DNA of 64,000 bases from Vulcanimicrobiales bacterium (GCA_038231455.1 JBBRLI010000006.1:111404-175403); one strand, 5' to 3'. Numbered from the stretch's first letter, positions 28,505 through 39,856 are shown. Made by a program: numbers and translations. The notes: generated from the sequence alone by a model not told the origin.

Positions 28505-29091
28505 TCGATTCACGCACCGCCACTATCGAACGCGCCACCAAAGAGACGCAGATTACGCTGCGCCTCGCGCTCGACGGCGGCCCCATCGCCATCGACACGG
28601 ACGTGTCATTTCTCAATCACATGCTCGATGCGTTTGCCAAACACAGTGGCTGCGGTCTGACGATCACGGCGCGCGGCGACGGCATGGACCATCACCACGT
28701 GATTGAGGACGTCGGCATCGCGCTTGGCAAAGCGATCTACGATGCGCTCGGCGAGAAGCGCGGCATCGCACGATTTGGCTCCTGCCTTGTGCCGCTCGAC
28801 GATGCGCTCGTCGCAGCGAGTATCGATCTTTCCGGCCGCGCCTACCTGAATTTCAACGTGAAGTTCACCGGCGTTGAGAATCTCGGCGATCTCAAAACCG
28901 AGATGATTCGCGAGTTTTTCCGCGCCCTCACCGATAACGGCCGGTTCAATCTGCACCTCGTGCAGATGAACGGCGACGTTGCGCACCATCTATGCGAGGC
29001 CAGCTTCAAAGCCTTTGCCCGCGCGTTCGCGCAGGCAAAGGCACTCACCGGTACCGGTGAGGTTCTCTCCACCAAAGGCCTGCTGGAGTAG
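28501..29091 (+). CDS. hisB: Imidazoleglycerol-phosphate dehydratase, probable CTG start
   Basis: RTATIERATKETQI, FLNHML, DHHHVIEDVGIALG, PLDDAL, DLSGR, HHLCEASFKAF, STKG; the only plausible start is CTG 28501 (CTGA overlap, GAGGT upstream). Confidence 0.92.
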   Translation: MIDSRTATIERATKETQITLRLALDGGPIAIDTDVSFLNHMLDAFAKHSGCGLTITARGDGMDHHHVIEDVGIALGKAIYDALGEKRGIARFGSCLVPLDDALVAASIDLSGRAYLNFNVKFTGVENLGDLKTEMIREFFRALTDNGRFNLHLVQMNGDVAHHLCEASFKAFARAFAQAKALTGTGEVLSTKGLLE

Positions 29092-29109
29092 ACGCTCGCG
29101 GCAACGTCG

Positions 29110-30267
29110 CTACTTCGCTGAGGTCGGTCGGATGCGGTAGATTTTGCCGCCTTTATCATCGGAGACGAAGAGGTCGCCTTTGGGTCCGACCGCAACGCCC
29201 GTCGGGCGCATCGCACGGGAGCCATCGCTCATCTGCAAACCGCCGACGAATTCCGTCCACTGCGTGTCGGGATTCGACCAGTCCACCGCTTTACTCGGTT
29301 CGTCGCCGTGCATCGCGATGAACGCTACGCGCGGCGGTACGGCGGGTTTGTGCCACGAGCCGTGCAGTGCAACGAAAAGTCCGCCGCGATAGGCTTTGGG
29401 AAATGCATGCGGACCATCCATCTTCGCGGGATAGAACGTCGCGCCGATCGGCGTGTCGTACGCCGGAAGCACGACGCGCGGCACGACGACATCGCCACAC
29501 GCGCGTTTTGCATTTGGTACGCTCTTGCGATCTTCGTAACAGTAGGGCCAGCCGTAGTCGGCCGTTCCCGGATGCGCGGTCACGGCATCGACGATTTCAT
29601 ACGGATGGCCGTGCGGCTGAATCTCGTCTTGTCCGGCAACGCCCGCCCAGAGCATCCCCGAATCCGGATTGACCGCAAGTGCGATCGCGTTGCGAATGTG
29701 TTCGGCGCGCGGATGAATCCCCGAACCATCCGGTTTCATCTCTTGAATGGTTGCGCGCGTTGCGTCGAGTTCGGGATCGCATACGTTGCACGACGAGCCA
29801 ACGCTCGCAAAGAGATTGCCGCCGGTAAATGCAAGCGTCGTGGTCACGTGATCGCTCGACACGCCATTCGTGCGAACCGACGCGATCTTTACCGCCGGAC
29901 CGCGCGGCGTGCGGTCGCCGACTTTATACGGAAGCCGATAGACGCCGAACTGACCGCCGATGTAGAGCCAATCGCCGTGCACGAGCACGCCCGCGGTCGG
30001 GCTATCCTCGATCGTCGTGAACTCTTTTGCCTCACCCGGCGTCTCGTCGGCGCTGGGCACGACGTAGACGCTGTTCTTGTACGTCCCGACGAACAGGTCG
30101 CCGTTGGGTGCAACGCTGAGTTCGCGTGCGTTTGGGACGTTCGCGATCGCGGTGATCGTGAATCCCGCCGGAACTTTCGGAAATTGCTCCTGCGCGAGTG
30201 CGGGGCGTTGCGGGCCGAGGGTCGCGGCAAGCGCGGTAAGGGCTACAAGTGTAAGAAGTCGACGCAT
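29110..30267 (-). CDS. Exported PQQ-dependent sugar/sorbosone dehydrogenase family beta-propeller
   Basis: Signal peptide; VPAGF, GSSCNVC, IRNA, DYGWPYCY, LHGSW, RPTGVAVGPKGDLFVSDD. Confidence 0.85.
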   Translation of the reverse strand: MRRLLTLVALTALAATLGPQRPALAQEQFPKVPAGFTITAIANVPNARELSVAPNGDLFVGTYKNSVYVVPSADETPGEAKEFTTIEDSPTAGVLVHGDWLYIGGQFGVYRLPYKVGDRTPRGPAVKIASVRTNGVSSDHVTTTLAFTGGNLFASVGSSCNVCDPELDATRATIQEMKPDGSGIHPRAEHIRNAIALAVNPDSGMLWAGVAGQDEIQPHGHPYEIVDAVTAHPGTADYGWPYCYEDRKSVPNAKRACGDVVVPRVVLPAYDTPIGATFYPAKMDGPHAFPKAYRGGLFVALHGSWHKPAVPPRVAFIAMHGDEPSKAVDWSNPDTQWTEFVGGLQMSDGSRAMRPTGVAVGPKGDLFVSDDKGGKIYRIRPTSAK

Positions 30268-30327
30268 GCACTGAATGTACCCGAAAGATGCCCCGGAACT
30301 CCTCGCTCGGTGGCGAAAAAGTCGAGC

Positions 30328-30939
30328 GTGAACGACGATCGGATTGCTGTCATCGACTATGGCGGCGGGAACATGGGCTCGCTGCGTTCTGCGCTAGCGC
30401 GCCGGCAGGCGCAATTTTTCATCACCGAGGATCCGGCGCAACTCGCGCACGCACGCGCGGCGATCCTCCCGGGCGATGGCGCCTTCGGTGCGACGATGGC
30501 GGCCTTGGCGGAGCGCGGTCTCGATCGCGCGATCGTCGCGCACATCGCGAGGGGGAAACCGTTCCTCGGTATCTGCGTTGGCATGCAAGTGCTCTTTGCC
30601 GAGAGTGACGAGTACGGTGGACATGCGGGACTGAACATTTTTCCGGGTGTCGTTCGCCGCTTCGTCGATGCGCCGCGCGTGCCGCACATGGGCTGGAACG
30701 ATCTGCGCGTCGACCGTTCGCATCCGTTCGTCACCGGCGTCGCAAGCGGCGACTATGCGTATTTCTTGCATTCGTATCGTGTGGTGGAAAGCGATGTGAC
30801 GCTTGCCTCGTGCGAATACGGGGAGCGTTTCGCGGCAATCGTCGCGCGCGACAACGTGATGGCAACGCAATTTCATCCCGAGAAAAGTCAGACAACGGGG
30901 GCGATCTTGCTCGATAACTTCATTCGGATCGCGGCTTGA
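30328..30939 (+). CDS. hisH: Imidazole glycerol phosphate synthase glutaminase subunit
   Basis: IAVIDYGGGNMGS, ILPGDGAF, LGICVGMQ, PHMGWN, YFLHSY, QFHPEKS. Confidence 0.94.
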   Translation: MNDDRIAVIDYGGGNMGSLRSALARRQAQFFITEDPAQLAHARAAILPGDGAFGATMAALAERGLDRAIVAHIARGKPFLGICVGMQVLFAESDEYGGHAGLNIFPGVVRRFVDAPRVPHMGWNDLRVDRSHPFVTGVASGDYAYFLHSYRVVESDVTLASCEYGERFAAIVARDNVMATQFHPEKSQTTGAILLDNFIRIAA

Positions 30940-31667
30940 GAGCGCTCACGATCGTGCCCGCGATCGACCTGCGCGGCGGCCGCTGCGTGCGTCTCGAACG
31001 CGGCGATCCCAACCGCGAGCGCAGCTACGGCGACGATCCGGTCGCCCGTGCTCGCACCTTCATCGACGCGGGAGCGCAGCGGCTGCACGTCGTCGATCTC
31101 GACGGCGCATTCGGTACGGGTGAAAATCTCGAAGCGTTGCGCGCGATCTGCGCTGCAGTCGACGTTCCGGTGCAAACCGGCGGCGGTATTCGTCGTGCCG
31201 AAGACGTGCAGACGAAGATCGACGCGGGCGCAACCGCGGTGATCGTGGGGACGCTGCTCGTCGAAGCGCCGGATGTCGTCCGCGAACTCATCGCGATGCA
31301 TCCCGGCCGCATCATCGCGGGCATCGACGCGCGCGGCGACCGCGTCGCGACGCGCGGCTGGCTTGCGGATGCCGAGCGTTCGCGCGATGAACTCGTTCGG
31401 GACGTGGCAGCGTGGGGAATCGATCGCGTGATTTACACGGAAATCGCGCGCGACGGTATGGGCAGCGGATACGATCTCGCCGCGCTCGCACACGTCGCCG
31501 GACTCTCGCCGATGCGCGTTACGGCTAGCGGCGGCGCAAAATCACTCGACGATCTGCGCGCGCTCGCAGAGCAAACCCCGGCAAGCGTCGATCACGCGAT
31601 TGTCGGCCGTGCGCTCTATGAAGGCACGCTCGACCTCCGCGAAGCGCTCGCGGCGCTCGCGAGTTAG
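30936..31667 (+). CDS. hisA: ProFAR isomerase
   Basis: IVPAIDLRGGRCVRL, LHVVDLDGA, QTGGGIR, YTEIARDG, ASGG, IVGRALYEG. Confidence 0.94.
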   Translation: MRALTIVPAIDLRGGRCVRLERGDPNRERSYGDDPVARARTFIDAGAQRLHVVDLDGAFGTGENLEALRAICAAVDVPVQTGGGIRRAEDVQTKIDAGATAVIVGTLLVEAPDVVRELIAMHPGRIIAGIDARGDRVATRGWLADAERSRDELVRDVAAWGIDRVIYTEIARDGMGSGYDLAALAHVAGLSPMRVTASGGAKSLDDLRALAEQTPASVDHAIVGRALYEGTLDLREALAALAS

Positions 31668-32773
31668 TTCACGTACGTTCGCGGTAACTGTGCGGGCAGA
31701 CGCGCGGCCATTTCGTAGTTGATCGTATTCGACCACGTACCCCAGTCATCGAGTGTGATCTGCGCATCGCCGTCGGTGCCGACCAGCGTTACCGTCATTC
31801 CCGGATGGGCGCCCGGCACATCGGTCACATCGACCATGGTCATATTCATACACACGCGTCCCGCAATCGGGCATTGGACGCCACCGACGAGCACGAAGCC
31901 GCGGTTCGATGCAGCCCGCGGGATGCCTTCGGCATAGCCGATGGGGAGCACGCCGATACGCGATGTGCTATTGGCACGATAGGTGCGGCCGTACCCGACG
32001 GACGTCTCGGGCTTGATGTCGTGCACGAGAACGAGTTCGCTTTCCCAGCGTAGAGCCGGCTGCAGCGTAAAGCCGCGCTCTTCCATCACCGTTTTTGTTT
32101 GCGCCGAGGGCCACAGTCCGTAGAGCGCGATCCCGGCGCGGACGCTCGTGAGTCGCGTACGCGTGAAGAGCATCGCAGCGGCAGACGCGGCGATATGTCG
32201 ATCGATCTCCGCACCGAGCGGTCTTGTGATCCGAAGAAACCGTTCGATTTGAATGTCGGTGAAAGAAGCGTCGAGTTCTTCTGCTGCCGCTAAATGCGAG
32301 AACACGCCCGCAAGCGTGATCGCATCGCTATCGTGGTAGCGCTTGAGCACCGTGGGCGCATTCGCAATCGACATGCCCAGGCGCGTGACGCCGGTATCGA
32401 CCTTCGCGTGGACGATCGCGGGATCGCCGTGTGCGCGCGCGGCGCGTTCCAAATCGGCAAGATAGGCACCATCATCCCACAGCGTCAGTTCGACGGCATG
32501 CGCGAGTGCTTCGCCAATGCGCGCCGCCGGCACCGGTCCAAGGACGTGGATGCGCGCACGGATCGACGCCGCGCGTAACGCGAGGGCTTCATCCAATTCA
32601 TACACGCACAGGCGATCGACATCTTCAGCGAGCGTTCGTCCGACTTCGATGAGTCCGTGTCCATACGCATTCGATTTGATGACCGCGGCCAGCCGCGCGG
32701 GAACGACCAACATGCGCATGGCGGCGGCGTTTGCGCGAATTGCCGCGCGGTCGACGATCGCGCGCGCAAGCAT
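31664..32773 (-). CDS. alr: Alanine racemase
   Basis: AVIKSNAYGHG (PLP Lys), KVDTGVTRLG, FSHLA, VRAGIALYG, VGYG, GRVCMN, TINYE. Confidence 0.94.
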   Translation of the reverse strand: MLARAIVDRAAIRANAAAMRMLVVPARLAAVIKSNAYGHGLIEVGRTLAEDVDRLCVYELDEALALRAASIRARIHVLGPVPAARIGEALAHAVELTLWDDGAYLADLERAARAHGDPAIVHAKVDTGVTRLGMSIANAPTVLKRYHDSDAITLAGVFSHLAAAEELDASFTDIQIERFLRITRPLGAEIDRHIAASAAAMLFTRTRLTSVRAGIALYGLWPSAQTKTVMEERGFTLQPALRWESELVLVHDIKPETSVGYGRTYRANSTSRIGVLPIGYAEGIPRAASNRGFVLVGGVQCPIAGRVCMNMTMVDVTDVPGAHPGMTVTLVGTDGDAQITLDDWGTWSNTINYEMAARLPAQLPRTYVN

Positions 32774-33244
32774 TTACGTGCGCTTCGCGAGACGCGCGAC
32801 GATGGTCGCGACGGGGACGCCGAAGAAAAACGAACAACCGATGAGCCCGAGTACCGCGTTATTTGGGCCCGGCTGTACGAATGCATTGACCGCAACGAAG
32901 ATCAACTGCATGAAGAAAAAGATGATGACACCGAACCCGATGCCCGAGGTGATGGGTCGCGCGATGAGTTGGCGCTGCGACTGCGCGACGAACGCAAAGC
33001 CAATTCCCCACCCGGCGGCAACGAGCAGCGTGACGAAGGCAACAAGCGAGATGCTCCCGGTCTCAAGCGGCGTGCCGGGGCCGACGATCGCGCGCGCGGC
33101 GTATGCGAGTGTCAATGCCGAAGAAGCGCCCGGTGCGAGGCCGTGGGCGATGCCGACGATGAGCCCGTAGAGCGAGATGACGATGAGGCCGGCGATCCCG
33201 GCAAGAATTCCGGCGCTCAGAACGGCGCGATTGAGTGCGGTCAC
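32774..33244 (-). CDS. Hypothetical 4-TM membrane protein
   Basis: Four hydrophobic segments; tightly packed between the MFS gene and alr on the same strand. Confidence 0.7.
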   Translation of the reverse strand: MTALNRAVLSAGILAGIAGLIVISLYGLIVGIAHGLAPGASSALTLAYAARAIVGPGTPLETGSISLVAFVTLLVAAGWGIGFAFVAQSQRQLIARPITSGIGFGVIIFFFMQLIFVAVNAFVQPGPNNAVLGLIGCSFFFGVPVATIVARLAKRT

Positions 33245-33276
33245 GATGTCGACTCGTTCTCACCGCGGCGAGGCGA

Positions 33277-34857
33277 TTACTCCACGTGCACCGCGGCCGC
33301 TCCGCCCCTCCCGGTGTCTTTTCCGTTCAGAAGAAACACCGTTGGAATCGCGAGGATGAAGAGAATCCCGCAAAACCGGAAGAGGTCGTTGTACGAAATC
33401 GCATCGGCATTGGCTTGAACGATGCTCATGATCTGTTGCACCGCATCCGGCTTGACGGTCGTGCCGACCATGGAATTCACCGCCGGATTTGCAAGCGTCA
33501 CCGCTGCGGCTAAATTCGCATACGCCGTGGCTTGATCGCGCTGCTGGATCACTTGCAAGAGCGCGATCCCAAAGCTCCCGCCGAGTTGACGCACGAGCGT
33601 ATAGAGGCCCGTCGCGTTTCCCATCGCCGCGCGCGAGATGCCGCTGAGCGTCGCCGTGGTGAGGGGCACGAAGAGAAAGCCGAGTGCGAATCCCTGAATC
33701 GTGCGCGGCCAGAAGATATCCCAGAAGCCGGCATTCATATTGAGATAACTCATCAGGTACGAGCCAACGCCGAACATCCCAAGACCGATCGCGATCGACA
33801 CGCGTGCATCCACGAAGGCGGTGAGGCGTCCGGCGATCGGCATGCTCAGCGCCGTCGCGATCGCACCCGGCAACAGCGCGACGCCGGTCTGCCACGCATC
33901 GAAGTGCAGGACGCCTTGGAAAAAGAGCGGCAGCACTAAATTGAGTCCAAAGAGTCCGAAGCCGCTCACGACGCCGATGATGTTGCCGGCTGTAAACGAG
34001 GGCGACTTGAAAACACGCAAGTCGACGAACGGCGCTTTATCGTGCAGCGAGCGCCAAATAAACGTGGCGATGCCGCCGATGCCCACGACGAGCATCAGAT
34101 CGATCGTGCCGGAGCTGAACCAATCGTCCCGTTGCCCGCGTTCGAACACATACTGCATCGCGGAGAGTCCGACCGTCATCATGCCGAGGCCGAACCAATC
34201 GATCGAGCCTTCGGGCTTTTTGATGTACGCGGGATCGCGAATGAACGCCATCGTCATGAAAAACGCGACGATCCCAATTGGGATATTGATGTAAAAGATG
34301 ATCGGCCACGAGAAGTTATCGACGATGTAGCCACCGAGCGTCGGTCCGATCGCCGGACCCACCATCGCGCCAAGACCGAAAATCGTCATCGCCTGGCCGC
34401 GCTTTTCCGGCGGATATGATTCGAAGAGAATCGACTGGGCCGTCGGCTGCAGCGCGCCGCCGCCGAGTCCTTGCAGCACGCGCCAGAGCACGAGCACCCA
34501 CACGTTCGTCGCGGTACCGCATAAGAACGATGTAATCGTAAAGACGGCGATGCACGTTGCGTAGTAGCGCTTGCGCCCGAAGTACGCGGTCAGCCAGCCG
34601 TTGAGCGGCATGATAACGACGTTCGCGAGAATGTAACCCGTCGCGACCCACGAGATCTCATCGATCGTGGAGCCGAGGTTGCCCGCCATATTGTTGAGGG
34701 CGACGTTGACGATCGACGTATCGATGATCGCCATGATGAGCCCGAGCATGACGGTCGCCGTGACCAGGGCAACCGGCGGGTCTTTTTTCGCAACCGGCGC
34801 GCGCGCGACGGGGGCGACTGAGCGCCCCGTAATGCGAGGCAGCGAGAGAGTTGCGAT
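33277..34857 (-). CDS. DHA2 (EmrB/QacA) family MFS efflux transporter
   Basis: IDTSIVNVAL, SWVATGY, RVLQGLGGG, GPAIGPTLGG, WPIIFYINIPIG; first ATG is 34749, but the frame is open upstream and an SD-preceded ATC at 34857 is the likelier start. Confidence 0.92.
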   Translation of the reverse strand: MATLSLPRITGRSVAPVARAPVAKKDPPVALVTATVMLGLIMAIIDTSIVNVALNNMAGNLGSTIDEISWVATGYILANVVIMPLNGWLTAYFGRKRYYATCIAVFTITSFLCGTATNVWVLVLWRVLQGLGGGALQPTAQSILFESYPPEKRGQAMTIFGLGAMVGPAIGPTLGGYIVDNFSWPIIFYINIPIGIVAFFMTMAFIRDPAYIKKPEGSIDWFGLGMMTVGLSAMQYVFERGQRDDWFSSGTIDLMLVVGIGGIATFIWRSLHDKAPFVDLRVFKSPSFTAGNIIGVVSGFGLFGLNLVLPLFFQGVLHFDAWQTGVALLPGAIATALSMPIAGRLTAFVDARVSIAIGLGMFGVGSYLMSYLNMNAGFWDIFWPRTIQGFALGFLFVPLTTATLSGISRAAMGNATGLYTLVRQLGGSFGIALLQVIQQRDQATAYANLAAAVTLANPAVNSMVGTTVKPDAVQQIMSIVQANADAISYNDLFRFCGILFILAIPTVFLLNGKDTGRGGAAAVHVE

Positions 34858-34900
34858 GACGAAGCTCCAGGAAAGTGTCGGTGTCGTAGGTAATTCTTAA

Positions 34901-34916
34901 ATGACGCTCACGTCAT
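34901..34916. promoter_or_regulatory. Palindromic operator between the divergent MFS and TetR genes
   Basis: ATGACG-CTCA-CGTCAT perfect 6-bp inverted repeat in an AT-rich intergenic gap. Confidence 0.7.
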
Positions 34917-34944
34917 CTTACCCCGTCTCCGTTGGAATCGCAAC

Positions 34945-35688
34945 ATGGCATATGAAGTAACGAAGCTCGTTCGTGGCCGGCCGTATCGCTATCGGGTGGA
35001 GAGTTTCCGCGATGCCGAGACCGGCAAGGCGCGCGGTAAGTGGACCTATCTCGGCCCGGCCGATCGGGTCGCGCCCAGCGCCGAGCCGAAGCCGGAGCCG
35101 CGCGCCGCACGCGGCGCGGCGACTCGCGAGCGTTTACTCACCGCGCTCGAAACGCTCGCGCTGCAAGCCGACTGGTCGAAGCTTACGGCCTCAGCGATTG
35201 CCGATGCGGCGGGCGTCGCGCACGGCACGTTTTACGTTCACTTTAAAAATAAAGACGAAGCCCTGCGCGCAGCGGCGGAACGCGTGCGCGAGGCGATCGG
35301 ATCGCCGGCTGCCGTCTTTGCGGAGACGCTGCCAACGGTCGCGGACGAACGCGCGCGTTTGCGCGGCTGGCTCGGCGGCATCCTCGACCAACCGCGCCAA
35401 ATGTCCGGCGTATTGCGCGCGCTCTACACGATCGCCGCGAACGATCCGAACGTTGCGGCGCTGCGAGCAAAAAAACAGTGTCTGGCGCGCGCGGAAATCG
35501 AGGCGTATCTTGTGCGTCTGCAGCAAGACGGTCGCACGACGGCGCATCCGGCCGGGACGGCAGCGCTCTTGTGGTGTTCGATCGATTCGTCGATGCGGCG
35601 GCTGGCGCTCGAGGATACGCCGCTCGATGCCGATGAACGCGATGGCTTAGTGAGCGCGGTCGAGCGCGCGATCTTTGGCGATGGTTGA
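34945..35688 (+). CDS. TetR/AcrR family regulator with an extra N-terminal beta-rich domain
   Basis: TRERLLTAL...LTASAIADAAGVAHGTFYVHFKNKDE HTH, preceded by ~38 aa MAYEVTKLVRGRPYRYRVESFRDAETGKARGKWTYLGP. Confidence 0.88.
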   Translation: MAYEVTKLVRGRPYRYRVESFRDAETGKARGKWTYLGPADRVAPSAEPKPEPRAARGAATRERLLTALETLALQADWSKLTASAIADAAGVAHGTFYVHFKNKDEALRAAAERVREAIGSPAAVFAETLPTVADERARLRGWLGGILDQPRQMSGVLRALYTIAANDPNVAALRAKKQCLARAEIEAYLVRLQQDGRTTAHPAGTAALLWCSIDSSMRRLALEDTPLDADERDGLVSAVERAIFGDG

Positions 35689-37202
35689 TACCGCGCGTGC
35701 CCGTGCTCATCGTCGGCGCCGGTCCGACGGGACTCGTGCTCGCGCTCTGGCTGACCAAAGCCGGCGTGCCCGTGCGCATCGTTGACAAAAATGCAACGCC
35801 CGCGTTGGAGTCGCGTGCACTTGCAATCGCGGCGCGAACACTCGAATACTACGATCAACTCGGAATCGCCGCGCGCGTCATTGCAGCGGGTGCGCCGTTT
35901 CACGGAGCCAACGTCTGGAACGAACGTGGACGTGCGGCGCACGTCTCCTTCGGCGATATCGGCGGTGGAATTAGCCCGTATCCCTTCGCACTCGTCTATC
36001 CGCAAAACGAGCACGAACGGCTGCTGGTCGACGAATTGGAGCGCGCGGGCACGCGCATCGAGCGTTCCGTCGAGTGCATCGGGCTCGCGCAAGGTGCCCG
36101 TGGCGTGGACGTAACCCTCCGCCATGCGGACGGCACGCTGGAAAGCGTCGAGCCCGACTATGTCGCGGCGTGCGACGGCGCGCATTCGCCAATTCGTACA
36201 GAGCTTGGTATCGGTTTTGAAGGCGGGACGTACGAGCGGCTTTTTTATGTCGCCGATATTGCCGGCAGCGGCGGTGCGATCAACGGTGAAGTCAACGTCG
36301 GCCTCGGCAGCAACGACTTCATCGCGGCATTCCCAATGAAAGAAGCGGGACACGCGCGTTTAGTTGGAACGGTCGAGCCGACATCGACACTCGGCCACGA
36401 GCCAACCTGGGATGACGTCGATCGGGCAACGCTCGCCTTGCTCGATCTCAAAGTCGATCGCGTTGCCTGGTTCGCGTCCTACCGGGTGCACCACCGCGTC
36501 GCCGCCGCGTTTCGCGACCGACGCGTTTTCTTGCTCGGCGATGCGGCACACGTGCACAGTCCGCTTGGCGGACAAGGCATGAATACGGGCATCGCCGATG
36601 CCGTCGACCTCGGCTGGCGTCTTGCCGACGTGATTCACGAACGCTCACACGAGCGCGTGTTGGCAAGTTACGAGACCGAGCGGATCGCCTTCGCGCGCCG
36701 ACTCGTTGAGACGACGGACCGCGCGTTCGCCGTCATCGCAAGCCCCGAGGATGGCGCCCGTACGGCGCGAGCGATCCTCCCACGCCTGGCGGCATTTGCA
36801 TCGCGGCTGCGGCCGATCCGGCGGCAGCTCTTTCGGGCGATCTCGCAGACTGCGGTCAATTATCGGATGAGTGCGATCAGCACGGGCGAGTTCCTCAGCG
36901 TCCACGGCGGCGATCGCCTCCCGTGGCTCGCCGCGGACGATTTGGATGGGCCGGGCGATAACTACGCTCCGCTTGCCGCGCGTCGCTGGCATCTCCAAGC
37001 CTACGCCCCGGTTACCCCGGACGTGCGCGCCTTTTGCGATGGCCACGGCGTGCCCGTGCACGAATTCCGCCTGCGGCGCGGCACTCGAACCCCACTCTCG
37101 CCCGCGGCGATCTACCTCGTGCGCCCCGATGGCTATCTTGGACTCGTTGCCGAGCGCAATGCAGTGGACCGGCTCGAAGAATACTGGCGCCCGCTGCTCT
37201 GA
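35685..37202 (+). CDS. FAD-dependent monooxygenase (PheA/TfdB-like)
   Basis: VLIVGAGPTGL, ACDGAHSPIR, RVFLLGDAAHVHSPLGGQGMNTGIADA, LVRPDGY. Confidence 0.92.
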   Translation: MIPRVPVLIVGAGPTGLVLALWLTKAGVPVRIVDKNATPALESRALAIAARTLEYYDQLGIAARVIAAGAPFHGANVWNERGRAAHVSFGDIGGGISPYPFALVYPQNEHERLLVDELERAGTRIERSVECIGLAQGARGVDVTLRHADGTLESVEPDYVAACDGAHSPIRTELGIGFEGGTYERLFYVADIAGSGGAINGEVNVGLGSNDFIAAFPMKEAGHARLVGTVEPTSTLGHEPTWDDVDRATLALLDLKVDRVAWFASYRVHHRVAAAFRDRRVFLLGDAAHVHSPLGGQGMNTGIADAVDLGWRLADVIHERSHERVLASYETERIAFARRLVETTDRAFAVIASPEDGARTARAILPRLAAFASRLRPIRRQLFRAISQTAVNYRMSAISTGEFLSVHGGDRLPWLAADDLDGPGDNYAPLAARRWHLQAYAPVTPDVRAFCDGHGVPVHEFRLRRGTRTPLSPAAIYLVRPDGYLGLVAERNAVDRLEEYWRPLL

Positions 37203-37229
37203 TGCGGTCCTCCGAGGGCGGGATTCCCC

Positions 37230-37294
37230 CTTGCACTCGTCGCCGGAGTCTGCTAATCTAGGCGTTGCTGGCAGTCATCTGCCACGAGTGCCAG
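37230..37294 (+). promoter_or_regulatory. Tandem CIRCE elements (HrcA operators) upstream of groES
   Basis: CTTGCACTC-N9-GTCTGCTAA (37230-37256) and CTGGCAGTC-N9-GAGTGCCAG (37268-37294) versus consensus TTAGCACTC-N9-GAGTGCTAA. Confidence 0.85.
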
Positions 37295-37322
37295 TCTTAT
37301 CTATTTTTGAGGAGCTAATCAA

Positions 37323-37631
37323 GTGAATTTGAAGCCACTGGGCGATCGTGTGGTCGTCGAGCACGTGGAACAGGCCGAGAAAACCGCCGGCGGCGTGTTT
37401 CTCCCCGACACGGCCAAAGAAAAGCCGCAAGAAGGTCGCGTTCTCGCCGTCGGCTCCGGCCGCACGCTCGACAATGGCACGAAGCTCGCCATGGACGTCA
37501 AGGTCGGCGACAAGATCATCTACTCGAAATACTCGGGTAGCGAAGTAAAAGTCGACGGCAAAGAAGTTCTGATCATTTCAGAAAAAGACGTGCTCGCGAT
37601 TATGAGCGAAGAACTCGCAGGAGTGAAGTAA
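37323..37631 (+). CDS. groES: Co-chaperonin GroES
   Basis: [43 protein letters not shown]. Confidence 0.98.
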   Translation: MNLKPLGDRVVVEHVEQAEKTAGGVFLPDTAKEKPQEGRVLAVGSGRTLDNGTKLAMDVKVGDKIIYSKYSGSEVKVDGKEVLIISEKDVLAIMSEELAGVK

Positions 37632-39284
<1,653 letters not shown>

Positions 39285-39305
39285 TTCGCGCAAGCGAATG
39301 AATCA

Positions 39306-39343
39306 AGAAAGACCCCGGCAGAAATGCTGGGGTCTTTCTATTT
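39306..39343 (+). terminator. Rho-independent terminator after groEL
   Basis: AGAAAGACCCCGGCA-GAAA-TGCTGGGGTCTTTCT followed by ATTT. Confidence 0.88.
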
Positions 39344-39355
39344 CACTGCGGGTGA

Positions 39356-39787
39356 TTATGGCGGGAACGGATCTCCGCGTCGTACGCCAAAACAATCAAA
39401 GCCGGGCAAATCTCCTGACTGATTCGTGGCCGTGAACGCATACGAGCCGTCCGCATTCCGTTTGAGTTTTGGGTCGCGGACATTTTTCGTCGGGTGCGAC
39501 CAACAGATCCGCCAGCGCGGTTTGAGCGCATCGTAGCGTTGCCGATCGATCACAAAGCCGACTGACTCTTCGAATGTGCCGGCCGGTGGGAGAATCAGGC
39601 TCTTGTCCGTTCCGAATGATTGCCATTCGTTGACGAACGCCGAAAGCAAATGTTGCGGCTCGGCGACCATCGCATCTCCGGACTCGATGATCCCGCTGGC
39701 GGGATATTTCAGATACGGCGTCTCCCTCGAACCGTATCGTACACCGTACGAGATGAGAATGAAGATGAACGTCGCGACTCACGTCAT
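39356..39787 (-). pseudogene. Possible degraded membrane-anchored protein gene
   Basis: The 104-aa ORF 39356-39670 extends in frame to ATG-ACG-TGA-GTC... (MT*VATFIFILISYG), i.e. a stop at 39781-39779 just ahead of a TM-like stretch. Confidence 0.3.
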
Positions 39788-39856
39788 CCGTCTTGCAAGC
39801 GAGCGGCCCGCGCACCTGGTCCGGCTACGTCTGCGTCGGCGTCTTTTTCTCGTCGC

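Noticed and set aside
29308-30327. Apparent 543-aa HisH with a long N-terminal extension
   Set aside because: The extension is the antisense of the PQQ dehydrogenase gene; HisH homology starts at about 30328
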